Origin: Patescibacteria group bacterium
GTDB taxonomy: Bacteria; Patescibacteriota; Minisyncoccia; Phycocordibacterales; UBA1006
Length of the DNA stretch: 64,000 bases
NCBI GenBank assembly: GCA_028286885.1
Contig: JAQBQS010000007.1
Location: forward strand, 17,645 to 81,644
Direction: 5' to 3'
Shown: piece by piece, positions 26,811 through 35,893 of the stretch
Position numbering within the stretch: position 1 is the stretch's first letter
How the letters are laid out: each line of letters opens with the position of its first letter
Translations under genes and position numbers: made by a program
The notes under the pieces: model-generated
What the model saw: only the letters and a program-made list of their open reading frames with translations
The model's database searches: none
What the model was told of the DNA's origin: nothing

Positions 26811-27221
26811 TTACAACTGATTCTGCAAATGCGAAAGGTATATTCTGTTCTCTGATTGCGAAAGAGCATATGCCCATACTTTCATGTATATAATACCCAT
26901 TAAAAGAAACATGACTATCGCAACAATGGAGAAAAGAATATCCAGGCCTTTTTGCATCAACAGCACCACGCTAACATTCATTATGTTCGAGAAATCTGAA
27001 AAAATTTCTCTCGTAATGAAGTGAAGAATTGCATAAGAGGCAATGACTAGCGCAAAGCCGATTATCATTCGGACAAAATCAGACTGAAGCAATTTGAATT
27101 CTTGTTCAGCTTCTACTATTTCGGAAGCTGTTTTTTGAATTTCAGGCTGAAGGTCTTCCTTGTTTATCTGAGGAAATCTTCGTAAAGAAAATAAATTTGA
27201 TAAGATGATTGCCGGATACAT
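26811..27221 (-). CDS. Hypothetical membrane protein (136 aa, 3 TM)
   Basis: Track ORF with a dedicated promoter (27260-27288) and terminator. Confidence 0.45.
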   Translation of the reverse strand: MYPAIILSNLFSLRRFPQINKEDLQPEIQKTASEIVEAEQEFKLLQSDFVRMIIGFALVIASYAILHFITREIFSDFSNIMNVSVVLLMQKGLDILFSIVAIVMFLLMGIIYMKVWAYALSQSENRIYLSHLQNQL

Positions 27222-27259
27222 ATTTAAACTATTTAATTAGATAATGAATTCTCACTTAT

Positions 27260-27288
27260 ATAATAGCATTTATAAATATAAAAGTCAA
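27260..27288 (-). promoter_or_regulatory. Sigma70-like promoter TTGACT-N17-TATTAT (minus strand)
   Basis: Conserved TACTTGACTTTT box immediately after the upstream terminator; the -10 lies about 35 nt before the ATG at 27221. Confidence 0.55.
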
Positions 27289-27297
27289 GTAACAAAA

Positions 27298-27324
27298 AGC
27301 CCTTAGATGAAGGGCTTTTTGTTA
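27298..27324 (-). terminator. Rho-independent terminator (aaagccc-ttcatcta-agggcttttt)
   Basis: Stem-loop with T-run on the minus strand, right after the stop of the 27326-27913 gene. Confidence 0.6.
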
Positions 27325-27325
27325 C

Positions 27326-27913
27326 TTATTGCGCAAAAATTCTGACAAACGACATAACCGTTCCATCGTTTCCTGCCAGAACCAAGGAGTTCCCTTCCAT
27401 CGTGAGCTTGGCTCCGTTTCCGAGAAGCTTCCCAAACGAGCTTTCCGATTGCATGCTGTCGGCCGGGCTCTGGCATGCCATCATCGTGCTGACAAGGTTT
27501 GCCTTGATCACGCCGTTTGCAAGCGTAAACGCGCCTCCCATCGAATTGCAGAACTTCGCGTTGATGCGACCGTCCTTGAATCCGACAACGTAGCTTGCGC
27601 CGGGTGAAACAGAGTGTCCGTCAATTGACGCGAGCTGATAGCTCGTTCCGTCGAGAAACGATGGCGACCGTTCTGCTAACTGCATAGCCACGGACTTTGT
27701 CGGCTTTGCAACTGATTTCTTGGAAACAGGTTGCGGTTTCGTTGCCGTATCATGCGCGGCAATCGCCGAGGAAACGGCCTCGTCCGCAACTTGCTGGTTC
27801 TGCGACAAGGGCGCGGACTGGTGCCGATTATTCAAAGCAAGCGCAACGCATGCGGCCGCAAGAATAATTACAAGAACTCCGATGACCGACAATATCTTTT
27901 TGTTTGTTTTCAT
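27326..27913 (-). CDS. Membrane-anchored META-domain (HslJ-like, DUF306) protein
   Basis: N-terminal TM anchor and a C-terminal META domain pattern (GVIKANLVSTMMACQSPADSMQSE...). Confidence 0.6.
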   Translation of the reverse strand: MKTNKKILSVIGVLVIILAAACVALALNNRHQSAPLSQNQQVADEAVSSAIAAHDTATKPQPVSKKSVAKPTKSVAMQLAERSPSFLDGTSYQLASIDGHSVSPGASYVVGFKDGRINAKFCNSMGGAFTLANGVIKANLVSTMMACQSPADSMQSESSFGKLLGNGAKLTMEGNSLVLAGNDGTVMSFVRIFAQ

Positions 27914-27947
27914 ATCTGCATTGTAGCGGGAAGAAATTTTTTATGCA

Positions 27948-27976
27948 AAAAAACGGCTCTGGGCGAGCCGTTTTGT
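27948..27976 (-). terminator. Rho-independent terminator (acggctc-tgggc-gagccgt + T-run)
   Basis: 3' of the 28002-28460 gene. Confidence 0.55.
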
Positions 27977-28001
27977 AACAATTCAAATCTTTTGAAGGAG
28001 T

Positions 28002-28460
28002 TTAATGATTTTGCTTTTCGTACAAATTCGCTAACTTTTTTACATCTGAATAAAAGTCCAAAAGCTTTTTTCCTTTTGTTTTCTCGGCAGTATTGTAATA
28101 ATAGCCCCCCTGGTAATTGTTTCCGCTCACAAAGGAAGACATGTTGTGATAGTCAGAAGATTGAATATCCACAGTCATTCCTATTGGGCATTTAAAAAAA
28201 CTAAGAATGATAGTGTCGGATCCATTTCTTACGGTAAACTGATAGTTTACATCTTTACCGACCGTATCATTACGACCAGCGTGTATTCGGCACATATCGT
28301 CAAGCACTACTTGAAACAAGTCTGCGCAAGCTCTGGAATCGAATTCCGAGACATTTGTCAGCTCGATACCGTTTCCGTTTTGTGGTTGAACTGGTTCTTT
28401 TTTAGTGCTGCATGAAGCAAGCACTGTCATTGCGAAAAATACAATAATAGGGTTTTTCAT
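28002..28460 (-). CDS. Putative lipoprotein (152 aa; lipobox LASC)
   Basis: Signal peptide MKNPIIVFFAMTVLASCS with a lipobox-like LASC. Confidence 0.5.
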   Translation of the reverse strand: MKNPIIVFFAMTVLASCSTKKEPVQPQNGNGIELTNVSEFDSRACADLFQVVLDDMCRIHAGRNDTVGKDVNYQFTVRNGSDTIILSFFKCPIGMTVDIQSSDYHNMSSFVSGNNYQGGYYYNTAEKTKGKKLLDFYSDVKKLANLYEKQNH

Positions 28461-28496
28461 TTTTGATTTATTTTATTGATGAAGAAATATACCTTT

Positions 28497-28525
28497 ATAT
28501 TAGCATATAATATGAGATAAGTCAA
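28497..28525 (-). promoter_or_regulatory. Sigma70-like promoter TTGACT-N17-TAATAT (minus strand)
   Basis: Conserved TACTTGACTTAT box; the -10 lies about 35 nt upstream of the ATG at 28460. Confidence 0.55.
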
Positions 28526-28529
28526 GTAT

Positions 28530-28556
28530 CAAAAACCCTTCTTTTGGAAGGGTTTT
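28530..28556 (-). terminator. Hairpin terminator (aacccttc-tttt-ggaagggtt)
   Basis: 3' of the 28555-31338 gene, directly abutting the next promoter. Confidence 0.55.
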
Positions 28557-31338
28557 ATCCGTTATTCGCCTTAAACTTATTCAAAATCTCCTGCTCAATA
28601 TCCGCCCGATCGCGACCATATTTGAGATACGACAGTTGTTTGACTGCAGCAATCTGCTCCGGATTTCCCTTCGGCGCATAGCCGTCGAAGATCGTGTTCA
28701 TGTTGAACGCGCCGGCAGGTTTTCCATCGACCAACATGCTCATGATGTTGTTGAAGTTGTCCTGCTTGATAATGTCATCCTTCGAAAACTGCGGCTTGAT
28801 GCGAGGCTCGACGAACTTGGCATCCTCGTCGTTAATGCGGAAGAATCCCATCGTTCCGACGTTTCCGAACACGGCGCCTTTGATGTAAGGTGGCAATTGT
28901 TCCAAATACTGATGCGTCATGTTGAGCGACAGCTTGTATTTTCGCGCCTCCGACAAAATGGCGGAAATGGATTCCGTTACCACGTTTTGGAACTCGTCCA
29001 TGTAGACGTAAAACGGCGGGAACTGCGACAAGTCCGCACTGTCCGCGCGGGACATCGCCGCCATCTGAAGTTTTCCGATCATGATGAGGCCGATCAAGTT
29101 CGCGTTCTTCTCACCAAGAAGTCCTTTGGACAAGTTGACCAAAAGAATTTTCTTGTTGTCCATCACGTCGCGGAAATTGAATGCGGACTTTTCCTGTAGA
29201 ACCACCGGCCGCATGAATTCGTTTGAGATGAAGTCGTCGAACTTTCCGGAAATGTATGGCACGAAGTTTTCCAACCCCTGGTCCCCCGTCGTCTTCTCGG
29301 CGGCTTTCCAAAATTCAATGACAAGAGGGTCCTTGCAGTGAGAAAGCTTCATGTCGCGGAACGCCTTGTCCGCGAGCACGCGCGTAATTTCCATCAGGGT
29401 GTTCCCAAGCTCGGGCGAACTCATCACGAGGAGTGCCGCGTTTCGGAAGTACTGTCCGAACATCGCACCTCCCTGGGCCTTCATGTCAAACAGCTTGTCG
29501 AAGATGCCGAGGAGCTCGCCGATCACAAGGGACTTTTGCTGCGGGCGCGTGACATCGTACTCGAGCATGTTAAGCCCCATCGGGCGCTCGACGTACGACG
29601 GATCGAAGTAGATGACATCGTCCATGCGCTCCGGCGGAATGTTGGCGAGGATCGTCTGGACGTCGGATCCGTGCGGATCAATGAAGCAGCATCCGTCGCC
29701 GTTTTTGATGTCTTGAATAATCATTTTCAAGAACATCTGCGTCTTACCGACACCGGTCTGGCCGATTGTGTAAAAATGACGCAAGCGGTCGGCAGGCGAG
29801 AAGTAGATCGGCGTTTCCTTGCCTCGGAAGACGTTCGTACCGAGAAGGATTCCCTTGGTGCCCATGTCGAGCGGTGCCGGAGCTGAACCTGATTTTGCCT
29901 GCTTGAGCTGCGGACTATCCTTGGTAAGCGCCGGAAAGTGGACAAGGCTCGCAAGCTCGTGAAAATTCAAATGAAGCAGCTTGTCCTGCTGCATCTCGCG
30001 GTAAGAAAACTCGTGGAAAAACGGCATCAAGTCGCGTCCGCCGACGCTCTTGAAGGCGATGCCGTTTCCGGTCGTATTTGAAAACTGATAAAAGGCGGAC
30101 TCAAGCTCGTGCAAGATCGCCTCGGCGCGCGGCTGGTTCTGCGCGCTCGCGATGATTCTGATGTTCGTCTCAATCACGCTCGACTTCAGCTTTTCGGTAA
30201 TCGATGCGATCGCAATCTCGTCGACATATTTGGTCGCCTTGGGCTCGTCGGGCTTTTTCTCTTCCGACTTAAAAAGCGATAGTGCGGCTTTTCCGAATCC
30301 TTTCGCCTCGTGCGCCCACGGGTTCTCGATTTCATCCTTGATCTCGGAGAATTTGTCGCCTTTGCGCAAGCGGTCGAGAATCTTTCCGTACTGGCGGATG
30401 AACGTGTCGCCTGCGGGACGGATCGTGAACTGGATCGCAGCGCCTTCGCCCTGCTTGTCGAGTTTCGAGAACACGTTCAAAACGACGTCGAGCGGATCGG
30501 TTGAGAACGAGTCGTACGTCTTGATCGTCATCAAGTCAGAACTCGAAGATTTCGCGTACGATCCCGCCGCGCCTCCCTGCTCGTTGAAAATATTGTAGTC
30601 GTCGGTAATCTCGGCGATCTTCGCGTCCGCATACAATCCGAGCATGACTTTCTCAAACGTGTCAGAACGGTCGCGTGGAACAGAGATATAAAACACGACT
30701 TCGTCAGATGCATTGGAAAGCGCGATCTCGATTGTGTACCAGTTGCGGTCGGGATTCTCGCCTGGGCCGATCGCCTGCATTCCCGCAAAAAACTGTTCCA
30801 TGGCGGACGTCAGATCCTTGAACGTTTTTTGGACTCCTTCTTCAGGACGAGGAAGCGTCACTTCGAAAAGCCGCGCGTTGATCTCCTTGAAGAGTTCCGT
30901 GTTGGGCTTCAGCCCCGGAATTTCGTGATAGCTCGAAAGATACTGCACGAGGAAGCGCAGGAAGTCGTCATCGATATGCGGGTTGTTCATCTTGGCGACA
31001 ATGTCGAGCGCATTCTTAATTCCCTTCTCCATCATGATTCCCATGAGTTCGCCCATCGTGCCGTCATGCGTCTCGGGCCGCAGTTTCAAAACGATTCCCT
31101 CAACATGATCCGCCGGCATCATCTGTTTCGGATGCAAGACTTCGGTTGTCGGAGCGGATTTGTAAGCGTCTATCAAATCTCTTGCAGCATCTTCTTTTTT
31201 GGATTCCATTCCCGAAGCCACCATCTGCTCCTGGTGCATCTTGAGCTGTTCGCGCAAAAACGCGACTTCCTCTTCGGGAGACTTGAACTGGACGCTTTTA
31301 TTTTGGAATGCGGCTTCGAAATTTGAGGTGGGATTCAT
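28555..31338 (-). CDS. Large soluble P-loop ATPase of the VirD4/TraG (type IV coupling protein-like, AAA_10/TraG-D_C) family with a 480-aa N-terminal domain
   Basis: Walker A GQTGVGKTQ, downstream FIDPHGS (DPKGE-like) and Walker B FYVYMDEFQN (DEF-type, as in T4CPs). No TM helices. Confidence 0.55.
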   Translation of the reverse strand: MNPTSNFEAAFQNKSVQFKSPEEEVAFLREQLKMHQEQMVASGMESKKEDAARDLIDAYKSAPTTEVLHPKQMMPADHVEGIVLKLRPETHDGTMGELMGIMMEKGIKNALDIVAKMNNPHIDDDFLRFLVQYLSSYHEIPGLKPNTELFKEINARLFEVTLPRPEEGVQKTFKDLTSAMEQFFAGMQAIGPGENPDRNWYTIEIALSNASDEVVFYISVPRDRSDTFEKVMLGLYADAKIAEITDDYNIFNEQGGAAGSYAKSSSSDLMTIKTYDSFSTDPLDVVLNVFSKLDKQGEGAAIQFTIRPAGDTFIRQYGKILDRLRKGDKFSEIKDEIENPWAHEAKGFGKAALSLFKSEEKKPDEPKATKYVDEIAIASITEKLKSSVIETNIRIIASAQNQPRAEAILHELESAFYQFSNTTGNGIAFKSVGGRDLMPFFHEFSYREMQQDKLLHLNFHELASLVHFPALTKDSPQLKQAKSGSAPAPLDMGTKGILLGTNVFRGKETPIYFSPADRLRHFYTIGQTGVGKTQMFLKMIIQDIKNGDGCCFIDPHGSDVQTILANIPPERMDDVIYFDPSYVERPMGLNMLEYDVTRPQQKSLVIGELLGIFDKLFDMKAQGGAMFGQYFRNAALLVMSSPELGNTLMEITRVLADKAFRDMKLSHCKDPLVIEFWKAAEKTTGDQGLENFVPYISGKFDDFISNEFMRPVVLQEKSAFNFRDVMDNKKILLVNLSKGLLGEKNANLIGLIMIGKLQMAAMSRADSADLSQFPPFYVYMDEFQNVVTESISAILSEARKYKLSLNMTHQYLEQLPPYIKGAVFGNVGTMGFFRINDEDAKFVEPRIKPQFSKDDIIKQDNFNNIMSMLVDGKPAGAFNMNTIFDGYAPKGNPEQIAAVKQLSYLKYGRDRADIEQEILNKFKANNG

Positions 31339-31359
31339 TGCCTAAATTATATCAAAGTC

Positions 31360-31386
31360 CAAAAGAAAAACCCATGCGTTGCATGG
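31360..31386 (-). terminator. Rho-independent terminator (aaacccatgc-gtt-gcatgggttt + T-run)
   Basis: 3' of the 31411-31779 gene. Confidence 0.55.
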
Positions 31387-31410
31387 GTTTAATAAGCCGA
31401 GGACGACAGC

Positions 31411-31779
31411 CTACTTGTTTTGAAGCTTAGCCTCGTTCTGCTTTGCCGCTTCTACATCTTTTTTATGCGAGAAGTAGAACACAACAAAGCAAACGACGAG
31501 AGAGATGAGTTCTTTTATGAAATCATAGCTGGCCAGCTGGATGCCGATGTTGTCGAAGGCCCGGGCGTAGTCCAAAAATGTCCGTAGCAAGCATCCGACT
31601 GCAAGACCCATCATCAGTATACTGATTGATACGACCTTGTCCGAACTGTTCCAGTTGAGCGCTGCCACGACTACGAACGCGATCGTAGCTACGAGCAGCA
31701 CATTGCCGACGGGAACCTTGAAAAGGAAAATCATGATCGTGATGATTGCAATAAGAAAGGCGATGTTTTTTGGTTTCAT
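31411..31779 (-). CDS. Hypothetical membrane protein (122 aa, 3 TM)
   Basis: Track ORF with hydrophobic helices and a Lys/Glu-rich C-terminal tail. Confidence 0.45.
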   Translation of the reverse strand: MKPKNIAFLIAIITIMIFLFKVPVGNVLLVATIAFVVVAALNWNSSDKVVSISILMMGLAVGCLLRTFLDYARAFDNIGIQLASYDFIKELISLVVCFVVFYFSHKKDVEAAKQNEAKLQNK

Positions 31780-31832
31780 TTTAAATTATTGAATGGTTAA
31801 ATAAAATTGTTGAGTTGAAAATAAATTTAGCG

Positions 31833-32012
31833 AACGTAAATGACTTGCTGCCTCTCGATATGGTTTACCAAGATATCTTTGCACATGCTTGGGAAATCTC
31901 TGAGTAGCGAGCCGATGATGATCATCCAGCCGAATTCTTTTACCGCATGCCTGACATTCTTGAACCAGTAGCACAGCATGACGAAGTGAAACGTGTTTTT
32001 CATATCTATGGA
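31833..32012 (-). CDS. Small hypothetical protein (59 aa, MKNTFHFVMLCYWFKNVRHAVKEFGWMIIIGS...)
   Basis: ATG about 35 nt downstream of a strong TTGACT-N17-TATATT promoter; just under the track cutoff. It competes with the overlapping 62-aa track ORF 31786-31974. Confidence 0.3.
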
Positions 32013-32052
32013 GTTTTAAAAGAAGGTTATATAATCAAAACTATCTGTATAT

Positions 32053-32081
32053 AATATAGCATATTATATATGAAAAGTCAA
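32053..32081 (-). promoter_or_regulatory. Sigma70-like promoter TTGACT-N17-TATATT (minus strand)
   Basis: Conserved AACTTGACTTTT box following the map terminator. Confidence 0.5.
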
Positions 32082-32093
32082 GTTATCCACATA

Positions 32094-32122
32094 CTAAAAT
32101 AACCTTGCCGCGCAAGGTTATT
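32094..32122 (-). terminator. Rho-independent terminator after map (aaccttgc-cgcg-caaggtt + T7)
   Basis: Perfect stem with a T-run on the minus strand, at the map stop. Confidence 0.55.
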
Positions 32123-32882
32123 TTTTCGTCAGAATCTCATTTCCTGTTTCTGTAATAAGAATCGTATGTTCGAAATGCGCACTCTGTTTTCCGTCATGGG
32201 TCACGACCGTATATCCGTCATCGAGCATCTCAATGCCCGCCTTGCCGATATTAAGCATCGGTTCGATCGCAATCGTCATGCCGGGAACCAATCGCTCTCC
32301 CGTGCCGGATTTTCCGAAATTCGGAATGTACGGGTCCTCGTGGATCATGCGCCCCACGCCGTGGCCCGAGAATTCCCGGACGATTCCGTAGCGCTTGTTC
32401 ACGAATGATTCGATCGCATATCCGACATCCCCCGTCTGTGCTCCCGGCTGCGCAGCCGCAATCCCGATCTCGAGAGCATCTTCGGTTGCAGAAAGCAGAT
32501 CCTCGAGCTGTTTTGAAATTTTTCCGACAGGAACCGTTACGGCCGCATCCGTCACGACGCCGTCATGCCACAGCCCCAGATCGATCGAAACAATGTCGCC
32601 CTCATTCAATATTCTGTTGTCATCGGGAATGCCGTGAACAACCTCGTCGTTGACCGAGATGCAGAGCGTCGCCGGAAACGGACGGTCAGCGCCATCAGGC
32701 TTGTAGCCCAGGAAAGCCGGCGTGTCGCCGTATTCCTTGACCATCATTTCCGCCGCGCGATCAAGTTCCCCCGTTGAAATACCAGGACGTACGAGCCCCG
32801 AGAGTTTCTCCAGAATGGAAGCATGGCGCTTCCCCGCAACCCGCATCGCCTCTATTTCAGCCGGAGTCTTGATAATAATCAT
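32118..32882 (-). CDS. map: Methionine aminopeptidase, type I
   Basis: Pita-bread fold metal ligands (D..D...H...E...E pattern: VHGIPD, DIVSIDLG, HTI, IEPM). Confidence 0.9.
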   Translation of the reverse strand: MIIIKTPAEIEAMRVAGKRHASILEKLSGLVRPGISTGELDRAAEMMVKEYGDTPAFLGYKPDGADRPFPATLCISVNDEVVHGIPDDNRILNEGDIVSIDLGLWHDGVVTDAAVTVPVGKISKQLEDLLSATEDALEIGIAAAQPGAQTGDVGYAIESFVNKRYGIVREFSGHGVGRMIHEDPYIPNFGKSGTGERLVPGMTIAIEPMLNIGKAGIEMLDDGYTVVTHDGKQSAHFEHTILITETGNEILTKK

Positions 32883-32927
32883 GACACGAGAATATCAAAA
32901 AATGTCAAGATTATCAAGTCCGCTTCG

Positions 32928-33515
32928 TTAGCTGATTGAATTCCTAATCTGGCCGAATACTTCATCTACTGAAGGCTCGCCGTCTATCTCGACGGACTTG
33001 TAATCTTGATTCAATTTGAAGTATTCCAAGATCGGCATCGTGTTTTCTTGGTACAAGGAAAGTCGCTCGCGAATTTTGTCGACTGACGCATCATCCGCTC
33101 GTCCCTGATTGCGAGACTGCAACCGCGCGATTGCCGATTCATCCGTGATATGAATATGAAACACGAATCTGTTTTCGATCTGAAAGAAGTCAAGTGCGGA
33201 ATCGATCATCGGAGCTTCTTCAAGCCGGCGCGCAACGCCGTCGAGAATGACTTCCTCGGTTCCGTCGAAATTTCCAATGAGCTGGTTCGCCCACAGATAG
33301 ACGGGGAAAAACGCAGGCATGAGTCCGCCGTTTTCGATCACGCCTTTCGTGCGCTTCGCGGCGAACGTATTGTTCTGTGCGACGAATTCTCGGAACAAGT
33401 TTCCGGTCTCGACATATAAAACTTTTTTGCCTTCCAATTCCAAATACTTTTTAAGTTCGAGCGCCTGGGTTCCCTTTCCTGATCCGGCTTTGCCGTAGAA
33501 GATGTATGCTGACAT
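32928..33515 (-). CDS. adk: Adenylate kinase
   Basis: P-loop GKAGSGKGTQA and LID/NMP-binding segments. Start at MSAYIFYGKAG; the track's N-terminal extension was discarded. Confidence 0.85.
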   Translation of the reverse strand: MSAYIFYGKAGSGKGTQALELKKYLELEGKKVLYVETGNLFREFVAQNNTFAAKRTKGVIENGGLMPAFFPVYLWANQLIGNFDGTEEVILDGVARRLEEAPMIDSALDFFQIENRFVFHIHITDESAIARLQSRNQGRADDASVDKIRERLSLYQENTMPILEYFKLNQDYKSVEIDGEPSVDEVFGQIRNSIS

Positions 33516-33568
33516 GCGAAAAGTATACACGAAAACAAAAAAGAATTCCGTTCGGAATTCTTTTTTGT

Positions 33569-33898
33569 TTAGGCAGATTTTTTCTTCTTGTCGAAAGCTT
33601 TGTCGAGAAGATAGAGTCCAAGCGCTGTCAGAGCACCTGCTAAAACTGCTCCCCCTCCTTGCATAGCAACTTCCGCGGAAGTTGTATTCTCCCATCCTTG
33701 GCGATAGACGTCATAAATAAGACCTCCTGCCAAAGAACCCATCACTGCCGAACTCACCAAAATCTTTTTTAACATTTCAAATCCTCCAGCCTTTTCTGCT
33801 TCGCCTGCAAGACCGTTCATGCCTTGCGCGAATCTTGATTCTTCCCTTCCGATCTGGGATTCGAATGATTCGACGTTATTTCCTGAAAATCCTTCCAT
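33569..33898 (-). CDS. Hypothetical small protein (109 aa) with a Gly/Ala-rich hydrophobic segment
   Basis: Track ORF between secY and adk, where infA/rpmJ are often found. It is neither. Confidence 0.4.
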   Translation of the reverse strand: MEGFSGNNVESFESQIGREESRFAQGMNGLAGEAEKAGGFEMLKKILVSSAVMGSLAGGLIYDVYRQGWENTTSAEVAMQGGGAVLAGALTALGLYLLDKAFDKKKKSA

Positions 33899-33912
33899 AT
33901 GATTATTATTGG

Positions 33913-34053
33913 TTATTCCGCGGCCGACGCGATGTCCTGCCTGATAAGATCGACGGTTCTGTTAAGTTCTTTTAAAAGTTCGAGCTTCTCGGCCGGAGTG
34001 ATCGTCTTGTCCTCGAACTTGTCGGCAAGGGCTTTAAATTCTTCGTTGGTCAT
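33913..34053 (-). CDS. Small hypothetical protein (46 aa, MTNEEFKALADKFEDKTITPAEKLELLKELNRTVDLIRQDIASAAE)
   Basis: Short ATG ORF below the track cutoff, in a strongly helical charged pattern. Speculative. Confidence 0.25.
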   Translation of the reverse strand: MTNEEFKALADKFEDKTITPAEKLELLKELNRTVDLIRQDIASAAE

Positions 34054-34162
34054 AATCAAAGATTATAGAGAATGAACGAGGAAGTCAAATATGGCGTTTG
34101 CATTGACTTTCAGCGCCTTTCTGATAGATTGGAACCCATTGTTCACATTTTAAAACTTAACT

Positions 34163-34507
34163 ATGAGTAGAGAAGAAATTTTAGAAATCGTACTGAAAGC
34201 CAAGGCAGATACGATCAAAGCAGTCGACGAACAGCTTATCAGTGAAGAACTCATTCCCAAGACGATACGGGAACAATACATCAACGCCGTGATGTCGATG
34301 ACGCCGCAGGATCATCCTTTTGAAGGAATGGGAAATAAATATAATTTCCTTTTTAATGCCGCGCGCAGAATGTTTGCCAGTTGCATTTCAAACGCAAAAC
34401 CGGAAAATGAACCTGTCATCGATTTCACCAACATGGCGGTAGAAATCCGCAAGGAACTCTTCTGCGTCGGCGGAAGCGAATGCCTGCCTATTCCTATGGC
34501 AGCATAA
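34163..34507 (+). CDS. Hypothetical protein (114 aa)
   Basis: Track ORF on the plus strand with a downstream hairpin terminator (34526-34553). Confidence 0.4.
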   Translation: MSREEILEIVLKAKADTIKAVDEQLISEELIPKTIREQYINAVMSMTPQDHPFEGMGNKYNFLFNAARRMFASCISNAKPENEPVIDFTNMAVEIRKELFCVGGSECLPIPMAA

Positions 34508-34525
34508 CTCACCACACATTATTTA

Positions 34526-34553
34526 TAACCTCTTCGGAGGTTATTTTTTTGTA
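34526..34553 (+). terminator. Rho-independent terminator (ataacctc-ttcg-gaggttat + T7)
   Basis: Perfect stem with a T-run after the 34163-34507 ORF. Confidence 0.5.
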
Positions 34554-34559
34554 AAACAA

Positions 34560-34585
34560 AAATCCCCTTTGGGGAAATTTGCCAC
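34560..34585 (-). terminator. Hairpin terminator after secY (atcccc-ttt-ggggaa, with a T-run on the minus strand)
   Basis: Short GC stem with a T-run on the minus strand, 3' of the secY stop. Confidence 0.45.
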
Positions 34586-34602
34586 TGTATTCTTGAAAAG
34601 AA

Positions 34603-35883
34603 TTAGTATTCGCTCATGCTCGCCTGCGCTGAAAGCTTCTTGAGAAGATCGATAATAACCGATACGACAATCAAGAGGGCCGTACCTCCAATCGCCAAGT
34701 TCTGGTTGCCCGAGATTCCTTGGAAGATGGTTGGAAGCACTGCGATCACTGCGAGGAAGAGTCCCCCGAAGAACGTAATGCGCGACATGATCGTGCCTAC
34801 GAATTCAGCGGTCGGAGCTCCTGGACGGACGTTCGGAATGAACGCACCGGACTTCTGCAGGTTTGTCGCCATTGCGTCAGCATCGAACGTGACCGCCGTA
34901 TAGAAATACGTGAACACGAAGACGAGGACGAAATAGAGGATCCCGTAGTAGAGCTGATTCGACAAGAATGCCGAAACGGCTGCACCAATCGTCGCAAGCG
35001 TCGGATGAGCTACCGAGGCCGCCATCGCTGTTGCGATGAGCCTTGGGAACATCAGAATCGACAATGCGAAGATGATCGGCATCACGCCTGCCTGGTTCAT
35101 GCGAAGCGGAATGTGCGACGACGTTGAAGTCGTTACATATCCCTGCCGCGCCTGCTGCTTGGCATACGTTACCGGAACCAATCGCTCTGCCTCCGTGATC
35201 ATCACAACGCCCGCTACGATCAAGACTGCGACAATCGCGAATCCGATATAGAGAGGAAGCTGTGACGGATCATACGAGAAGAGCGCCTGCGAAATGTCGC
35301 TCGGGATACGAGCAACAATTCCCGCGAAGATGATGATTGAGATACCGTTTCCGATACCGAACTCAGAGATAAGTTCTCCGAGCCACATCATAAGGAACGA
35401 TCCCGCAACCACAATCGCGATGTTGATGAACGCCTGCGGGCTTGGAAGCGCGGGAACAATTCCCTTGCCTGCCAAAACGGCGAGAAGCGCGGCACCTTGG
35501 ACAATAGCCAAGATGACCGTCAGATATCGCGAGTACTGGTTGAACTGGCGCCGTCCCATTTCTCCGCTCTCGTGGTAAAGCTCTTTGAGCTTTGGAACCA
35601 TGAGGGTGAGGAGCTGCATGATGATCGAGGCCGTGATGAACGGACCGACTCCAAGGAGTACGATCGATAGACTTGTGAGCCCGCCGCCTGAGAAGATGTT
35701 CAAGAATCCGAAGAACTGGTTGTTCGACAGAAACTGAGCAAGCTCTCCTGCGTTAACGCCCGGTACCGGAATGGCCGTAAGGGCGCGGAACACGATCAAG
35801 ATCGCGAGAATGAACACGATCCGCATGACAAGGTTTTTGTCAGTAAAGATCGATTTCAGTTTTTTGATAAATGTTTGAAACAT
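34603..35883 (-). CDS. secY: Preprotein translocase subunit SecY
   Basis: 10-TM SecY signature. Start taken at MFQTFIKKL (ATG 35881-35883), 10 nt after the rplO stop. Confidence 0.9.
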   Translation of the reverse strand: MFQTFIKKLKSIFTDKNLVMRIVFILAILIVFRALTAIPVPGVNAGELAQFLSNNQFFGFLNIFSGGGLTSLSIVLLGVGPFITASIIMQLLTLMVPKLKELYHESGEMGRRQFNQYSRYLTVILAIVQGAALLAVLAGKGIVPALPSPQAFINIAIVVAGSFLMMWLGELISEFGIGNGISIIIFAGIVARIPSDISQALFSYDPSQLPLYIGFAIVAVLIVAGVVMITEAERLVPVTYAKQQARQGYVTTSTSSHIPLRMNQAGVMPIIFALSILMFPRLIATAMAASVAHPTLATIGAAVSAFLSNQLYYGILYFVLVFVFTYFYTAVTFDADAMATNLQKSGAFIPNVRPGAPTAEFVGTIMSRITFFGGLFLAVIAVLPTIFQGISGNQNLAIGGTALLIVVSVIIDLLKKLSAQASMSEY

Positions 35884-35893
35884 AATGTTCAGT

